DNA of 47,142 nt from an uncultured virus (IMG/VR IMGVR_UViG_3300025767_000004) (lineage: Duplodnaviria > Heunggongvirae > Uroviricota > Caudoviricetes): IMG/VR virus record IMGVR_UViG_3300025767_000004; one strand, given 5' to 3'. The notes under the pieces were generated by a model. It saw only the letters and a list, made by a program, of their open reading frames with translations. It had not been told where the DNA came from and did no database searches. The position numbers and the translations under genes are program-made. The first letter of the stretch is position 1, and each line of letters begins with the position of its first letter. This document shows, piece by piece, positions 45,886-47,142 of this stretch.

Positions 45886-47142
45886 TTAACTTAAACTATA
45901 CGTTATACCATCCACACATTCTGTGGTCGTGGTTGTAGTTACTGGGTCAATAATATCATATATTATATCATCAGGACATTCATTCTCTTCAATACAAACA
46001 TCAATGTCATCAATACACGGACCTACGGTTTCTATTGTTACATCAATGTCATCAACACACCCATAACTAATATCATCAATACAATCGGGACACTCACAAT
46101 ATGATTCACACATATTCTTAATATAAATCGTATCGTATCCTTCTGTTGGTCTGTGCCACACGTAGTAATCCTCTTTTGTTATAATAACATGTTTATCAAC
46201 GAATAACTCTTCGTTACAATAATCATCATACTCAATAGATTCCACTAAAATAACACCACACTCGTTTGTGGTTATTAGATAGTCCCCAACTGACACATCA
46301 CTTGCTCTTTTTTCAACGATTCTATATTCATTATCATAAAAAACCTGACCATAACTTCCGTCAATATTTACTAACTCAGCCAATGGTTTTTTAGGAGCTT
46401 CTTCATTACACTTTAAGTAAACGTCATTTACGTTGGTACTGTTTTTATCTTCCAATACCAATACCCAATGATGGTACTCAACATTAACCCTTCTGTCGTT
46501 TATATTTACATACTTGTATATTCTACCCGTTTGTCTTTCAATGACTTCGGACATCTTAACATCTTTAGTATATTCACAAACCGATGAGGTATCACCATAA
46601 TAGAATTGTGAGTAATCACAAAACGTCATGTCATGGATAGTAGGATTAGCAGAAACTAATATATCACCCATTTTAACATCTTGCACCCTAATTATCTCAA
46701 CTGTCTCACCAATCACGATATCGTTTACATTAATCACTGGTCTATTTGTTGGGTCTATTACTCTATATAACTCACTATTTACATCATAACCCTGACAATT
46801 TTCCTTAACCTCAAAATCTATAATACCCGCACAATATGGATTTATATCACTATAATGACCTGAACTACCATAACTAAAATATCCTCCGTATCCTGCGTAT
46901 CCGTTGTATCCTCCGTATTCTCCATACATACCATAAGATGTGAACATACCGTAAGAACCGTAAGAACCATAAGAACCATAAGAACCATAAGAACCGTAAG
47001 AACCATAAGAACCATAAGAACCATAAGACCCGTAAGAACCATAAGAACCATAAGACCCGTAAGAACCATAAGACCCGTAAGACCCGTAAGAACCATAGCA
47101 ATCATAATCTCCATCAGTAAACTCATAGTTAACACCAATAAT
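45886..47142 (-). CDS. Large protein (5' end outside window) with (Gly-Ser-Tyr)n tract, Hint domain, Cys/Asp-rich and Thr-rich tail
   Basis: Frame of the 353-aa ORF stays open to the window edge: IIGVNYEFTDGDYDCYG(SYG)16MFTSYG... Confidence 0.85.
   Translation of the reverse strand: MIGVNYEFTDGDYDCYGSYGSYGSYGSYGSYGSYGSYGSYGSYGSYGSYGSYGSYGSYGSYGSYGMFTSYGMYGEYGGYNGYAGYGGYFSYGSSGHYSDINPYCAGIIDFEVKENCQGYDVNSELYRVIDPTNRPVINVNDIVIGETVEIIRVQDVKMGDILVSANPTIHDMTFCDYSQFYYGDTSSVCEYTKDVKMSEVIERQTGRIYKYVNINDRRVNVEYHHWVLVLEDKNSTNVNDVYLKCNEEAPKKPLAELVNIDGSYGQVFYDNEYRIVEKRASDVSVGDYLITTNECGVILVESIEYDDYCNEELFVDKHVIITKEDYYVWHRPTEGYDTIYIKNMCESYCECPDCIDDISYGCVDDIDVTIETVGPCIDDIDVCIEENECPDDIIYDIIDPVTTTTTTECVDGITYSLS
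46114..46797 (-). other. Hint (Hedgehog/intein-like) autoprocessing domain
   Basis: C...RVQDVKMGDILVS; VEYHHWVLV; ASDVSVGDYL...VESI; EDYY...IYIKN. Confidence 0.65.
46948..47100 (-). repeat. 9-bp tandem repeat x17 (TCTTAYGGK) encoding SYG
   Basis: 16 SYG units plus one CYG; variation only at synonymous positions. Confidence 0.95.

Noticed and set aside
46948..47100. Possible CRISPR array
   Set aside because: Contiguous 9-bp units with no spacers; the Cas4-like gene has no cas neighbours
46948..47100. GSY tract as substrate of the PLOD-like hydroxylase
   Set aside because: Contains no Lys or Pro
46842..47138. ORF-track proteins MVLTGLMVL... and MLWFLRVL...
   Set aside because: Alternative frames of the 9-bp repeat; the SYG frame is continuous with the downstream ORF and its variation is synonymous
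1..47142. Eukaryotic giant virus (NCLDV) or cellular origin suggested by PLOD, GNA1 and GT25
   Set aside because: Sigma70, DnaG primase, ClpP, peptidoglycan hydrolases, bacterial promoters and terminators, and lack of housekeeping operons favour a bacteriophage; no capsid or terminase gene is in the window to prove it
1..47142. tRNA/rRNA genes, integrase, transposase, reverse transcriptase/DGR
   Set aside because: None recognised; intergenic gaps are short and explained by promoters and terminators

Overview
AT-rich, gene-dense, mostly minus-strand segment that looks like part of a large (jumbo-type) tailed phage genome. The host is probably Bacteroidota: there are at least 11 TTG-N19-20-TAnnTTTG promoters, no Shine-Dalgarno motifs, and a Bacteroidota-type sigma70 and Hc1-like protein. 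From left to right it carries: a D12-class adenine MTase; DnaJ; putative head-packaged and lysis proteins; sigma70; ClpP; an SbcC/gp46 ATPase; a ~17.3-29.2 kb variable island of self-promoted cassettes; a replication/recombination block (SbcD/gp47, Cas4-like nuclease, primase, RuvC-like); a structural gene; a 7-gene glycosyltransferase cluster; and Thr-rich/Gly-Ser-Tyr-repeat proteins, one with a Hint domain. The island holds a split type IIG-like R-M enzyme, two T5orf172/GIY-YIG nucleases with different putative methyl-DNA reader tails, GT25, dCMP deaminase, GNA1 and an amidase. The best candidate novel system is a phage-encoded, eukaryote-like protein hydroxylation/O-glycosylation pathway. 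It would comprise a PLOD-type 2OG-Fe(II) hydroxylase, two ColGalT-like GT25s, a GT96/GT95-like peptidyl O-glycosyltransferase, GNA1 and six more GTs, next to mucin-like substrates. The second candidate is a modular methylation-conflict island. All family calls come from motif recognition by eye; no searches were run.
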